Of a DNA stretch of 64,000 nucleotides, positions 9,464-19,476 are shown piece by piece (within the stretch, counting starts at the first letter, position 1; every line of letters starts with the position of its first letter). The translations under genes were made by a program, and so were the position numbers. This DNA is from Terriglobia bacterium (lineage in GTDB: Bacteria > Acidobacteriota > Terriglobia > JAJPHL01 > JAPKYU01), in NCBI GenBank assembly GCA_965223005.1, contig CBDCVK010000010.1, positions 800,001-864,000 on the forward strand, read 5' to 3'. The notes under the pieces were generated by a model. The model was not told the origin of the DNA and searched no databases. It saw nothing but the letters and a program-made list of their open reading frames with translations.

Positions 9464-10921
9464 ATGGACCCCTCCGACGGACTGGCCTATCGTCCAACTT
9501 TCTCGCGTCGGGAGCTTCTCGTTAAGACCGGGCTCGGATTCGGAAGCGTGGCGCTTGCAGGGATCCTCCATTCGGAATCCTTGCTTGCAGCAGTGCCGGA
9601 GGTCTCCTACCAAGACCTCAGGCCAAGGCCAGGACACTTCCCCGGAACGGCCAAGGCGGTGATTCACTTAATGCAGAGCGGGGGCCCGAGCCAGGCCGAC
9701 CTTTTCGACCCCAAACCCGAGCTTCAAAAGCGGGGTGGACAACCGCATCCAGATGGCGTTGAGATCCACCAGCCAAACAACAAGAATGTGCTCTTCCCCA
9801 GCCCGTTTGCATTCTCCAAGTATGGGGCGAGCGGTATGGATTTCTCCGAAATGCTGCCCAACCTGGCGACGTTGGCCGACGACCTGTGCATGGTCCGCTC
9901 GATGTACTCGGAGCACAACAACCACCCGGAGGGGACCAACCTGCTTTACTCGTGCCGGATCTTTCCGGGCCGGCCGGTGATGGGCGCCTGGATCAGTTAT
10001 GCCCTCGGCACGGAGAACCAGAATCTGCCTGCCTACGTGGTGCTGCGGGACCCCGAAGGTTACCCCGACGGCGGCAAGCAGGGATGGAGGAGCGGCTGGC
10101 TGCCCGCGTTGTTCCAGGGCGTGGAGTTCAGCTCTTCGGGCGCGCCTGTGCGCAACCTGGACCGGAACGAACCGCTGCCTCCGGGCGTACAGCAGAGGAG
10201 CCTGCAGTTTCTGAGCAAGATCAACGCCCTGCACCAGCGGGACCACCCGAGGGAGTCGGAATTGGACGCGCGCATTCGTAACTACGAGTTAGCCGCCCGG
10301 ATGCAGTTGGCCGCCGCCGGGGCGCTCGATATCTCCAAGGAATCGGAAACCACCAGGAAGATGTACGGGCTGGACAATCCGGTGACTGCCGACCTTGGGA
10401 CGCGTTGTCTGATGGCTCGAAGGCTGGTCGAAGCCGGCGTGCGCTTCGTGCAGATCTTCCCCCAGAAGGGCATGCCGTGGGACCACCACAAGAAGCTGAA
10501 GAAGAACATGATCGAGATCTGCGCCAAGACGGACCGGCCGGCGATGGCCCTGATCAAAGACCTAAAGAGCCGGGGCCTGTTGGACACGACGATTGTGATG
10601 TGGTGCGGGGAGTTTGGGCGGTTGCCGACGACACAGAACTCCGACGGTCGCGACCACAATCGTAACGCCTTCACACTGCTGCTGACTGGTGGCGGATTCA
10701 AGAAGGGCCTGATCTATGGGGCCACCGACGAGTTCGGCTACAAGGCGGTGGCGAACCGGGTCAGCGTCCCAAGCCTGCATGCCACCATCCTGCACGCGCT
10801 GGGCATCGATCACGCGCGGCTCACCTACCGACATGGCGGCCGCGTTGAAACCCCCACTGATGTGAGCGTCACGGGGGCCAAGATGGTCGGCGACATTCTG
10901 ATGAAACCGTCACAAGCGTAA
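9464..10921 (+). CDS. DUF1501 family (sulfatase-like) protein with a Tat-like N-terminus
   Basis: SRRELL, AKAVIHL..GGPSQ.DLFDPKP, CLMARRLVEAGVRFVQ, WDHH, GEFGRLP, GRDHN. Confidence 0.93.
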   Translation: MDPSDGLAYRPTFSRRELLVKTGLGFGSVALAGILHSESLLAAVPEVSYQDLRPRPGHFPGTAKAVIHLMQSGGPSQADLFDPKPELQKRGGQPHPDGVEIHQPNNKNVLFPSPFAFSKYGASGMDFSEMLPNLATLADDLCMVRSMYSEHNNHPEGTNLLYSCRIFPGRPVMGAWISYALGTENQNLPAYVVLRDPEGYPDGGKQGWRSGWLPALFQGVEFSSSGAPVRNLDRNEPLPPGVQQRSLQFLSKINALHQRDHPRESELDARIRNYELAARMQLAAAGALDISKESETTRKMYGLDNPVTADLGTRCLMARRLVEAGVRFVQIFPQKGMPWDHHKKLKKNMIEICAKTDRPAMALIKDLKSRGLLDTTIVMWCGEFGRLPTTQNSDGRDHNRNAFTLLLTGGGFKKGLIYGATDEFGYKAVANRVSVPSLHATILHALGIDHARLTYRHGGRVETPTDVSVTGAKMVGDILMKPSQA

Positions 10922-10927
10922 GGTGGG

Positions 10928-13900
10928 ATGGGGCTGAGCGGGATTCGAGGCGGGATTCGAGCAAAGATGCGTTTCCACATCCGTAAAGGACTGGGCCCCC
11001 TACTTGCGGTGCTCGTGGGAGTTGGCTGCGCCGCGGCGCACGAACCGCAATTTGAGCGGGGTGTGAAGCCGATCTTGCAGGCCAACTGTTTTAGCTGCCA
11101 CGGAGGAACAGCGATGATCGGCCTGGACCTCCGCACGGCATCTTCCATACTTCAGGGCAGCCATCAGGGCCCGGTTGTCGTCCCCGGGTCGCCACAGAAG
11201 AGCCTGCTTTACCAGAAGGTGGCCAGCCGGGCCATGCCACCTCCGGCGTTTGCGCTAAAGCTCACTGATGCGGAGATCGAGACAATCCGAAAATGGATCG
11301 AGGCTGGTGTGCCTTCTGAGGAGGGCGACACCAACCAGAAGAAGCTGCAAGCCGAGCAGATTCGCTTTGAGAGAGAGATCCTGCCGATCCTCCGCTCCCG
11401 CTGTTTTGCTTGCCACGGGATCGACAACCCAATGGCGGGCCTTGACCTGCGGACGGTGGTATCGGTGCTCAAGGGGAGCGCCAATGGTCCCGTCATCTCG
11501 GAAGGCGGTTCGGACAAAAGCATCCTGGTCCGGATGATCTCGACGAAGAGCATGCCGCCTCCCGGCACCGCTGAGCCCCTCAGCGAGTCGGAGCTGGAAA
11601 AGTTGCGTCAATGGGTGGATACCTTGCAAGTGAGCCCGCGGATGCTGGGAGTCAATGAAAGAGTGACCTTCACGAAGGTTGAAGCTCGCGAAGTCACGGC
11701 GAAAGACCGGGAATTGTGGGCATTTCGCAAGCCAGTCAAGCCGCCAGTTCCCAAGGTCAAGAACCAGAAACGAGTGCGGACCCCGATTGACGCGTTTGTG
11801 CTGGCCGAGCTGGAAGCGAAGGGGTTGACGTTTTCTGCCGATGCACCTGAGTTGGTATTGATGCGGAGGGCGCATTTTGACTTGGTCGGACTGCCTCCGG
11901 CCCCGGAAGAGATCGCGGCATTCCAGAGTGGCAGCAAGCCCGGGACTTACGAAAGGTTGATCGACGATCTGCTCGCATCACCCCACTATGGCGAGCGTTG
12001 GGCGCGCCACTGGTTGGACGTGGCTGGCTACACAGATGTCCAGCTTTTCGACAACACTCCGACCTCGACCCGACTGTTCGACGGGATCTGGCGCTATCGG
12101 GATTACGTCGTTCGGTCGCTCAACGCCGGCAAGCCGTACGACCGCTTCCTCATGGAGCAGATCGCCGGAGACGAGCTGGTAGACTGGCGTTCCGCCAAGA
12201 AATACACTCCGGAAATCTTAGACTCTCTCGTCGCAACCGGCTTCCTGCGGAGCGTGTACGACCGCACGGACCAGGACGTCGTCAGCCTGCCGGGCGAGCG
12301 TTACGACGTGCTGTTCCACCTTCTGGATAAGTTCGGAACCGGCGTCATGGGGCTTACGCTGAACTGTGCCCGCTGCCACAGCCACAAATTCGACCCGATT
12401 CCACAGCGAGACTACTACCGGTTCCTTTCGGTCTTCGCGCCGGCCTACAACCCGGCGAACTGGCTGCAGCCAAAGAACCGGCATCTGCCAAACGTCTCGA
12501 ACCTGGAGCTGGAGGAGATCAAGAAGCACAACGCGGAGATTGATCAACGGGCAAGCGCGCCCAAGCAGAAGCTGGAGCGGCTGCGTCGGCCATACAAGGA
12601 GCGTCTGCTGGAAGTCAAACTGGAGAAACTTCCGGCCGAAATCCGGGCGGAAGCAAAGGAGGCGTTGGCCACTCCGGAGGACAAAAGGGACGCGGTGCAG
12701 AAATTCCTGGTGATGAAATTCCAGAAGACGCTGGAAGTGAAGCCCGAGGAGGTGAGCGCGGCCTTGAGTCCCGAGGACAAGGCAGCCGCTACAAAGCTGG
12801 AGGAGCGGATGAAACTCCTTGAGAGCTACCGCCGCCCGACGGAGAAGATTCAGGCCCTCTGGGACGTTGGCCCCCCTCCCAAGATGCGGCTGTTGCAGCG
12901 CGGGGAGGTGGAAGCACCAGGGCCTCCCGTGCAACCTGGCTTTCTTTCAGTCTTGTCCCCGCCGGGCAAGTCCGATTTGGTGCAGCCGCCCGACTTGAAG
13001 GGCGACTCCAGTGGGTATCGTCTGGCCCTGGCGCGCTGGCTGACCAGCCGCGACCACCCGCTCACGGCACGGGTGATAGTAAACCGGGTTTGGCAACATC
13101 ACTTCGGAAGAGGGATCGTGGCGACGCCGGACAACTTTGGCCGCAACGGTTCTCCTCCCACACACCCAAAGCTTCTGGACTGGCTCGCTGTCGACTTCAT
13201 GGAACACGGATGGAGCCTCAAGCGTCTGAACAAGTTGATCATGACCTCTACCGTGTACCGGCAGGCATCACGCCAGCCTGCAGAGGGGAAGCAGTCGGCG
13301 GCGCTGGCCGTGGACCCGGGAAACAAGCTTCTCTGGCGGATGAATCTTAGGCGCCTCGAGGCAGAGGCTATCCGGGATGCTGTGCTGGCGGCGTCCGGAA
13401 AGCTGGACCGGACAATGGGAGGAGCGCCCATCTTTGCGCCAGCCATTGCTGACGGGTTGTCCAAGCTAGAGGACGGTTTCAGAAAGAGCTTGCCCATCCC
13501 CACTGAAGGTGAATGGCGCCGAAGCCTGTACCTGTTTGCCAGACGCAACTATCCGCACACTTTTCTTGAGATGTTTGATTCGCCGATCATGCAGACCAAT
13601 TGCACGCGGCGCCTCAACTCGGTCTCTCCGCTTCAATCACTCACCTTGCTGAATGACAACTTCATGGTTGAGAGCGCAGGTTATCTAGCTGACCAGGTGT
13701 CCGGTGTGGCGCGCGAAGGAAGGGCCGCCCGGTTGATCGAGGCGGCCTATCTGCTCACGCTGTCGCGCCCGCCAACGGTTGCAGAGAAAGAGCTGGCGCA
13801 AGCCCTTTTGCAGGATCAAGAAGAATTGCACCGTAGGGCGAACATGACTCCTGATAAAGCCGCCAAAGCTGCGCTCGCCAACCTGTGCCACATGCTTCTA

Positions 13901-13930
13901 GCCAGCAACGAGTTTCTGTATATCGAGTGA
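10928..13930 (+). CDS. Planctomycete-type cytochrome c + DUF1549 + DUF1553 protein
   Basis: Three CxxCH motifs (CFSCH, CFACH, CARCH); YGERWARHWLD, HPLTARVIVNRVWQHHFGRG, RRLEAE, NEFLYIE. Confidence 0.93.
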   Translation: MGLSGIRGGIRAKMRFHIRKGLGPLLAVLVGVGCAAAHEPQFERGVKPILQANCFSCHGGTAMIGLDLRTASSILQGSHQGPVVVPGSPQKSLLYQKVASRAMPPPAFALKLTDAEIETIRKWIEAGVPSEEGDTNQKKLQAEQIRFEREILPILRSRCFACHGIDNPMAGLDLRTVVSVLKGSANGPVISEGGSDKSILVRMISTKSMPPPGTAEPLSESELEKLRQWVDTLQVSPRMLGVNERVTFTKVEAREVTAKDRELWAFRKPVKPPVPKVKNQKRVRTPIDAFVLAELEAKGLTFSADAPELVLMRRAHFDLVGLPPAPEEIAAFQSGSKPGTYERLIDDLLASPHYGERWARHWLDVAGYTDVQLFDNTPTSTRLFDGIWRYRDYVVRSLNAGKPYDRFLMEQIAGDELVDWRSAKKYTPEILDSLVATGFLRSVYDRTDQDVVSLPGERYDVLFHLLDKFGTGVMGLTLNCARCHSHKFDPIPQRDYYRFLSVFAPAYNPANWLQPKNRHLPNVSNLELEEIKKHNAEIDQRASAPKQKLERLRRPYKERLLEVKLEKLPAEIRAEAKEALATPEDKRDAVQKFLVMKFQKTLEVKPEEVSAALSPEDKAAATKLEERMKLLESYRRPTEKIQALWDVGPPPKMRLLQRGEVEAPGPPVQPGFLSVLSPPGKSDLVQPPDLKGDSSGYRLALARWLTSRDHPLTARVIVNRVWQHHFGRGIVATPDNFGRNGSPPTHPKLLDWLAVDFMEHGWSLKRLNKLIMTSTVYRQASRQPAEGKQSAALAVDPGNKLLWRMNLRRLEAEAIRDAVLAASGKLDRTMGGAPIFAPAIADGLSKLEDGFRKSLPIPTEGEWRRSLYLFARRNYPHTFLEMFDSPIMQTNCTRRLNSVSPLQSLTLLNDNFMVESAGYLADQVSGVAREGRAARLIEAAYLLTLSRPPTVAEKELAQALLQDQEELHRRANMTPDKAAKAALANLCHMLLASNEFLYIE

Positions 13931-14060
13931 AGCTCACCTCACGACCACGCTGCTGAGAGGGTCCCACGCGATGATCATCTCTGGGGACGGGACTACGAGC
14001 GACTTGGGCTATCTCTCGACGGTGGAGCCCGCCGCCGACTCGCTTCTGACGGTGTGGAAT

Positions 14061-14091
14061 TGTTAGATGGCTGTTAGATGGCTGTTAGATG
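14061..14091. repeat. 11-bp tandem repeat TGTTAGATGGC x~3 (possible integrase arm sites)
   Basis: TGTTAGATGGC TGTTAGATGGC TGTTAGATG, about 47 bp from the tRNA 3' end. Confidence 0.65.
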
Positions 14092-14099
14092 AGACAACT

Positions 14100-14134
14100 A
14101 AGGGGTTAGAGCATCCGGCCCTAACCCCTTGATT
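14100..14134 (-). terminator. Hairpin downstream of tRNA-fMet, overlapping an IHF-consensus site
   Basis: AAGGGGTTAG-N11-CTAACCCCTT inverted repeat. The reverse complement of 14122-14134 is AATCAAGGGGTTA, matching WATCAANNNNTTR. Confidence 0.55.
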
Positions 14135-14137
14135 TTT

Positions 14138-14214
<77 letters not shown>

Positions 14215-14219
14215 GCTTT

Positions 14220-14248
14220 ATCCTATCGCGGTACGAACGGCCCGTCAA
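14220..14248 (-). promoter_or_regulatory. Sigma70 promoter of tRNA-fMet
   Basis: TTGACG-17 bp-TAGGAT, ending 5 nt before the tRNA. Confidence 0.75.
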
Positions 14249-14390
14249 CTGTCCGCCCACGCCACCCAGCAAAACTGCTGCCCCGGGCACCCGAGTGCAG
14301 CGCGGTGGCGCCGCGCCAAGCCCCCGAGAAGATAAGCTTTCCTTCCGCAAAGACAAGAATACCCTGAAGATTTCCTGAAGAAGTAGCGCC

Positions 14391-14465
14391 GTGCTGTTGC
14401 TCACCGAAAGCGAAGTTCGTCGGTTGCTGAACATGGATACAGCCACTCGCCCGTCTGAGAAGTAG
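14391..14465 (+). pseudogene. N-terminal remnant of an ornithine cyclodeaminase/mu-crystallin family gene
   Basis: GTG start, MLLLTESEVRRLLNMDTA.. then a stop after 24 aa; bracketed by a repeated AGAAGTAGC. Confidence 0.5.
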
Positions 14466-14573
14466 CATTTTGGGGGGCTACATGTTAGATTGCTGCCCGC
14501 TCTCCAACGTCACTGCCGTCTCGGACGCCGCCGGCAAGCCGGTGGGGAGGCGGCCAGCAATCCGCGAGGTCGT

Positions 14574-15173
14574 ATGCGTAAGAAACGCTGCAGTTGGATT
14601 TTTGGGGTTCTAATCTTGATCGTGGCCGTCCCGGTGGCCCCCGCGACTGTTCTCCAGAGGCTTTTCCTAGATGACATGGCGGGGAAATCCGCCGTAGTCG
14701 TTCATGCCACCGTGATCAGTTCTCGCGCCGATTGGAACGCCAGCCACAGTTCCATCTGGACGGTCTACACAGTGCGCGCGCACCAATACCTGAAGGGTTT
14801 CCTGGGGGAAACCTTTGAGTTTCGTGAGCCCGGGGGCACGGTGGGCAACGTGAGAATGTATGTTGCCGGCGCGCCGAAATTTCTTGCAGCCGAGGAAGTG
14901 GTCTTGTTTCTGTGGACGGACGGGCGGAGCGGGCGCTATCAGTGCATCGGGTTCGAGCAAGGGGCCTTAAGAGTGCGCCAGGAGGGGACCGTAAAGTTGG
15001 TCAATCGCAGCATCCCGGTCCTCCCGGAGCAAGCAGTCCAGGCGCGCTCCCCGCTGCGGTCGCGCTTGGGGCCGGTCTCCGGCACCAGCCGGGAGCTCGG
15101 GGCCCTACTGGGGGAAGTGGCCGCGGTCCTGGCCCTGGCCGAGGCAGCTGCTGACGGAAAGGAGGCACGCTAA
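14574..15173 (+). CDS. Secreted hypothetical protein (partner of the matrixin gene)
   Basis: Signal peptide; PGGTVG..GAPKF..EEVVLFL motif; stop overlaps the next start (TAATG). Confidence 0.75.
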   Translation: MRKKRCSWIFGVLILIVAVPVAPATVLQRLFLDDMAGKSAVVVHATVISSRADWNASHSSIWTVYTVRAHQYLKGFLGETFEFREPGGTVGNVRMYVAGAPKFLAAEEVVLFLWTDGRSGRYQCIGFEQGALRVRQEGTVKLVNRSIPVLPEQAVQARSPLRSRLGPVSGTSRELGALLGEVAAVLALAEAAADGKEAR

Positions 15174-17175
15174 TGCGAACGCGCGTCTGCTTTGCCTTCT
15201 CTCTGCTGGTGCTCCTGGCGTTGCAGTCCATACCTGGGAGTGCTTACACCCCGTCCGCCACCGACCAAGGGATCCTGCTGCGCTGGGCCAACGGGACGGT
15301 GATCCAGTACGTCTTCAACGAAAACTTCGCTCCGAACAACGACAACGCACTCGCGCGCGCGGCGGTCGGAGACGCGCTGCGAACGCTGGAGGCGTCCATC
15401 TCCGGGAGTTCAGGGGTGCGCTTCGAGGACGCTGGTACTACCGCGCTGAACAAGGCCGGCTTTGACTGCATCAACCTGATCACCTTCACCGCCCCCGACC
15501 CCGGGGACCAGCTCCCCGACGGCGTTCTGGCCCAGGCCCGCCTAATTGCCAGCACGACCGCCGGGACCTTCGATGTTTGCGGTGAAACGCTGAGTGTAAG
15601 CGCCGGGCAGATCTTAGACGCCGACATGTTGTACAACACCACCAAGGCGTTGACGACCTCGCTGGTCCAGGAGGATGTGTTTGACATTCAGGGCCTGGCA
15701 TTACACGAAGGCGGGCACTGGCTTGGCCTGAACCACACCGGGATCGTTGCGGCGGTCATGCCGCCTTTTGGCGAAGGTGGCGAATCTCCTGTACGACGCC
15801 TGCACAGCGATGACACGGCCGGCCTGACAGCCATCTACGGACTCTCGGGAGGGTCCATCTCCGGCCGCATCACTATTGCTGGCGGCAACGTGAAAGCCGC
15901 GCACGTGGTCGCCACCAACTCCACCACGGGAGTGACCACGGCCTCAGCCACCAGCGACCAGGACGGCTACCGCATCTTGGGGCTGCCCGCGGGCAGCTAC
16001 AGGGTCTTCGTAGAACCGTATGATGGTCCGGTCACGCTTTCCGACCTGCCGGGATTTTCCAGGACGGCAACACTCAGTTCGAAACCACCTTTCTGACGAA
16101 TCCGGTGACGGTCGGCACGTCCGCAGTCAGCGGGGTGGACATCGAGGTGGCCGCATCCATGGCTCCAGCGGACCTCGCCCGCATAGGCCTACTGATGGGC
16201 AATTCGTTCTTCCTCGGCGGAGTACCCGTTTCGGTTCGCCGGGGCGCCGACTCCTCCATCGTCCTGGACGGCCAAAACCTCTCCGGGCAGGCCAGCTTTT
16301 CTTCCCCCGGCATTACGATTGTCAGCTCGGGGACGTTCACCGATTCAACCGGGGCCACTCGTCAGTTTGTGGACACCAGTGTGGCCGCGGACGCGGCGCT
16401 AGGCCCGACGGACGTCTATTTCGGCTCCGCCTCGTATACTTCGGGGGTGGTGGTGACACTGAACCCGCAGGTGCCGGCTGGCGGCATCGTAGATGGCGCC
16501 GCGTTCAACCAGAACACGTCAGCGCCACACTACGCGCCGGGCAGCATCATCTCCCTGTTCGGCAATGACCTGGCCGAGCAGCTTGGGGGGCCAGACCGCA
16601 CGCCGCTGCCGACCCAGCTGGCCGGGGTCTCGGTGCTGGTGGGGAACCGGCTGGCGCCCTTGTTCTTCGTGAGCACCGGGCAAATCAACGCGATGATTCC
16701 GTTTGAGACCGTCGGCAACAGCGTGAACGTTTCCGCAATTGCTGGCGCCAACTCGCAGAGCACACCCGTCACGTTGCAACTAGGTTCGTCGGCACCACGC
16801 ATCTTCATGGTGCCCAATACGGACCAAGGCGCCATCCAGAACGGGTCCCGCAACAATGTGCTGGTGGATGCCGCCAATCCAGCCCAGGCGGGCGACGTGC
16901 TGGTGATCTTCGGGACCGGTTTAGGAGCGGTCACCAACCCACCCGCAAGCGGAGTGGCCGCCTCTGGAAATCCCCTCTCCACGACCATCGAGGTTCCCAC
17001 CGTGACCATTGGCGGGCAGGCGGCGGTAGTGGATTTCTCCGGACTGGCTCCGTCCTTCGTGGGGCTCTACCAGGCGAATGCCAGGGTGCCCGGTGGTTTG
17101 CCCCCCGGCCGCGTGCCGGTGGTGATCAGCACTTCGGCCGGGTCCAGCAACCAGGCGATGATTTCCGTGCAGTAG
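15173..17175 (+). pseudogene. Matrixin (M10) metalloprotease + carboxypeptidase-regulatory-like + TIGR03437 C-terminal domain, frameshifted at ~16055
   Basis: HEGGHWLGLNH with Met-turn AVMP; C-terminal APGSIISLFG..QINA..GLAPSFVGLYQ. The two ORFs (15173-16096, 16105-17175) join if the T4 run at 16055-16058 is T5. Confidence 0.8.
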
Positions 17176-17220
17176 GCAGAGTTGCGCGGTGCGGGCTACG
17201 GAGTTTCCTGTCGGGCGCGG

Positions 17221-17664
17221 CTAACGGACACCGGTCAGCACGTCGTTGGCGAACCGCAAAAGATCGCGCCGGGTGATGATGCCTATGACCCGCTCGCCGT
17301 CCATCACCGGCAGGCAACCTCTGTGCTGGGCGTAGAGTTGAGCGCCGGCTTCGGTCAGGGGGGCTTCCGGACTGATCGTCGTGACCTCCTTGGTCATCAC
17401 TTTGCCCACCAGGGTATTCTCAAAGATCTCGTTGTACTGCTCGGGTGTGCTGTGAAGGATGGAAGGAGCATAGCGGCGTATGTCGCGCTCGGTCAGCAGC
17501 CCGACCATGCGATCTTCGCTGACCACCGGCATATGCCGGACGCCGGCTCGGCGGACCAATAACTCCGCATCGAGCAGCCGGTCCTCCGGGCTCAGGGTTT
17601 CCGGGTTGGAAGTCATGTAATCCTTCACATGCAACTCAGCGCGTTTGGCGGCCGCCTCGCTCAT
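17221..17664 (-). CDS. CBS-pair domain protein
   Basis: VKDYMTSNP..RHMPVV..VGKVMTKEV..GCLPVMD..GIITRRD; RBS upstream of 17664. Confidence 0.9.
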   Translation of the reverse strand: MSEAAAKRAELHVKDYMTSNPETLSPEDRLLDAELLVRRAGVRHMPVVSEDRMVGLLTERDIRRYAPSILHSTPEQYNEIFENTLVGKVMTKEVTTISPEAPLTEAGAQLYAQHRGCLPVMDGERVIGIITRRDLLRFANDVLTGVR

Positions 17665-17734
17665 TGTGGACCCCCCTAAAATTGTTAACGCGATTGTATT
17701 GTCACCGTGCCCGAGAAGCAAGGGCCCCGTAAGA

Positions 17735-18179
17735 CTAGCGCGCGCCGCTCAGCACGTCGTTGGCAAACCGCAACAGATCGGCACGAGTGATGATGCCCAC
17801 CAGTTGCTGGCCGTCCATCACCGGCAGGCAGCCCAGCCGCTGAGAATGGAGTAGGGACGTGGCTTCGGCCAACGCCGCATCCGGGCCGATGGTGGTTACA
17901 TCCCTGGTCATCACCGTCCCCACCAACGTCTGCTCAAAGGTCTTGTTGTACTCCTCTGGTGTGCTGTAGAGAATGGAAGCCCCATGACGGCGAACGTCAC
18001 GCTCGGTCAATAGCCCAACCAGGCGTCCGTCGCTGACCACCGGCAGATGGCGGACACCGGCTCGCCGGATCCGCAAATCCGCATTTAGAAGGTGATCCTC
18101 CGGCGTCAGCGTCTCCTGAGCCGAACTCATGTAATCCTTAGACCCGCAAGGAAGCAAAACGAGATTCATTTTCGCCCAT
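17735..18179 (-). pseudogene. CBS-pair paralog (tandem duplicate) with a +1 insertion at ~18140
   Basis: GGAG RBS and ATG at 18179 give MGENESRFASLRV then TAA. Removing one base gives VKDYMSS.., matching the paralog's VKDYMTS. Confidence 0.72.
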
Positions 18180-18240
18180 GACACTCCGCCCTTAGCCGGC
18201 ACGCCCGATTGTATGGTTGGCCGACTCCCGGCGCAAGGGG

Positions 18241-19473
18241 CTACTTGCTGAGATACCGCAGAGTGTGCAAGCCCCGCCCCGGGGCGTAGCCGGTCATTTC
18301 CAGATACCCGTGAGCCACAGCGCGACGGCCCTGCTTGTTTCCCGTGGCGCGGGTAGCTCCTTCCCAATAGGTAACCCCAGTTGTTTCTCGGGTGACCAGT
18401 TCCTGAGCGCGAACCGCGGCGTGGACCTCCAGGTCCAGGTCCAGCTCCGGAACCTGGACCCGCCAGTCGAGCGGGTATTGGGCACCGCTGCGAGGACTTC
18501 GCCACCGCGCCCTTGGCTGAGGCAGCAGCCGCAACTGGGTGGCTCCCAGCACCCGTGGTGGCCCCCGCGGAGGAATGTAGGTGCCACCAGAGTGCGAAGC
18601 ACGGCCGTCTCGCCGCCGGAGTTGAAATAGCATCAGCTCCGAACCATCCTCAAATTGCAGGCTGAACCAGTCCCACCCGGATTGCTCCGGGGCGAGTTGG
18701 CTGGTGGAAAATTCATGATCCATCCACGCCAGACCGGAGACCGCGAACTCTTGCCCGCCCAAACGTATCGCTCCCGTAGCTTGCAAGCGGGAGAAGGAAT
18801 AGTAGTGAGACGCGTGCCCGACACCCGGGCCTTTGCGGCTGATTCCGTCGCGGCCGTGGATGACCGGCGGCTTCGCCGGCCGCAACTCCAGTCGCAGTGC
18901 GAAATCCCTGGCCGCTGCCTCCAGCCGGTGGTGCTTCGGGCTGATGGTGGTACTCCAATCGCCCACCCAGACGCGCGCTGCAACCTCCGACAGGGGTCCC
19001 GACAGTGGCTGCCCCGTGTCGGCAGTGGTGGCGCCCGCCAGTCCCAGCGCCCCGCGATGCATGCGCTGCGTGTAGCGGAAGGTGTCCTCCCGAATATCGG
19101 TCACCGCCACATGCGCCAGGTACAGGTGCTTGATGCGCCAGCGGGAAGAGTTTGGATACGGGTTGGCAATACCTTCCCGGAAGAAAGTCAGCTCAAACCC
19201 AAACGATCGCCCATCGGGCGTCTTCACATTGCCCGTGTAGTACCACCATTCGGTCCGGAAGTCGGGGTGCGAGAAGTGGTCGCGGGGAAACTCAAAGCGG
19301 TAGCCGGGCAGAGCCAGCCGAAACCGGCTCTCCTGGGCCAAACCGATGGCAGGCATAGCGGGGAGCGTGCAAAGCAGGAATCCTAGCGCCAGCGCAAATT
19401 TCCGGGTCGCCGTCTTAGTCCGGCAGCGTTGTCGTTCAGGGGGAACCCTCCCGGCCAAACCACGCGTTCGCAC
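18241..19473 (-). CDS. AttH/CrtC-like lipocalin-fold secreted protein
   Basis: FPRDH..HPDFRTEWWYYTG, AWMDHEFS, GWDWFSLQ, YWEG, GYLEMTGY; start position uncertain. Confidence 0.88.
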   Translation of the reverse strand: MRTRGLAGRVPPERQRCRTKTATRKFALALGFLLCTLPAMPAIGLAQESRFRLALPGYRFEFPRDHFSHPDFRTEWWYYTGNVKTPDGRSFGFELTFFREGIANPYPNSSRWRIKHLYLAHVAVTDIREDTFRYTQRMHRGALGLAGATTADTGQPLSGPLSEVAARVWVGDWSTTISPKHHRLEAAARDFALRLELRPAKPPVIHGRDGISRKGPGVGHASHYYSFSRLQATGAIRLGGQEFAVSGLAWMDHEFSTSQLAPEQSGWDWFSLQFEDGSELMLFQLRRRDGRASHSGGTYIPPRGPPRVLGATQLRLLPQPRARWRSPRSGAQYPLDWRVQVPELDLDLEVHAAVRAQELVTRETTGVTYWEGATRATGNKQGRRAVAHGYLEMTGYAPGRGLHTLRYLSK

Positions 19474-19476
19474 CGG

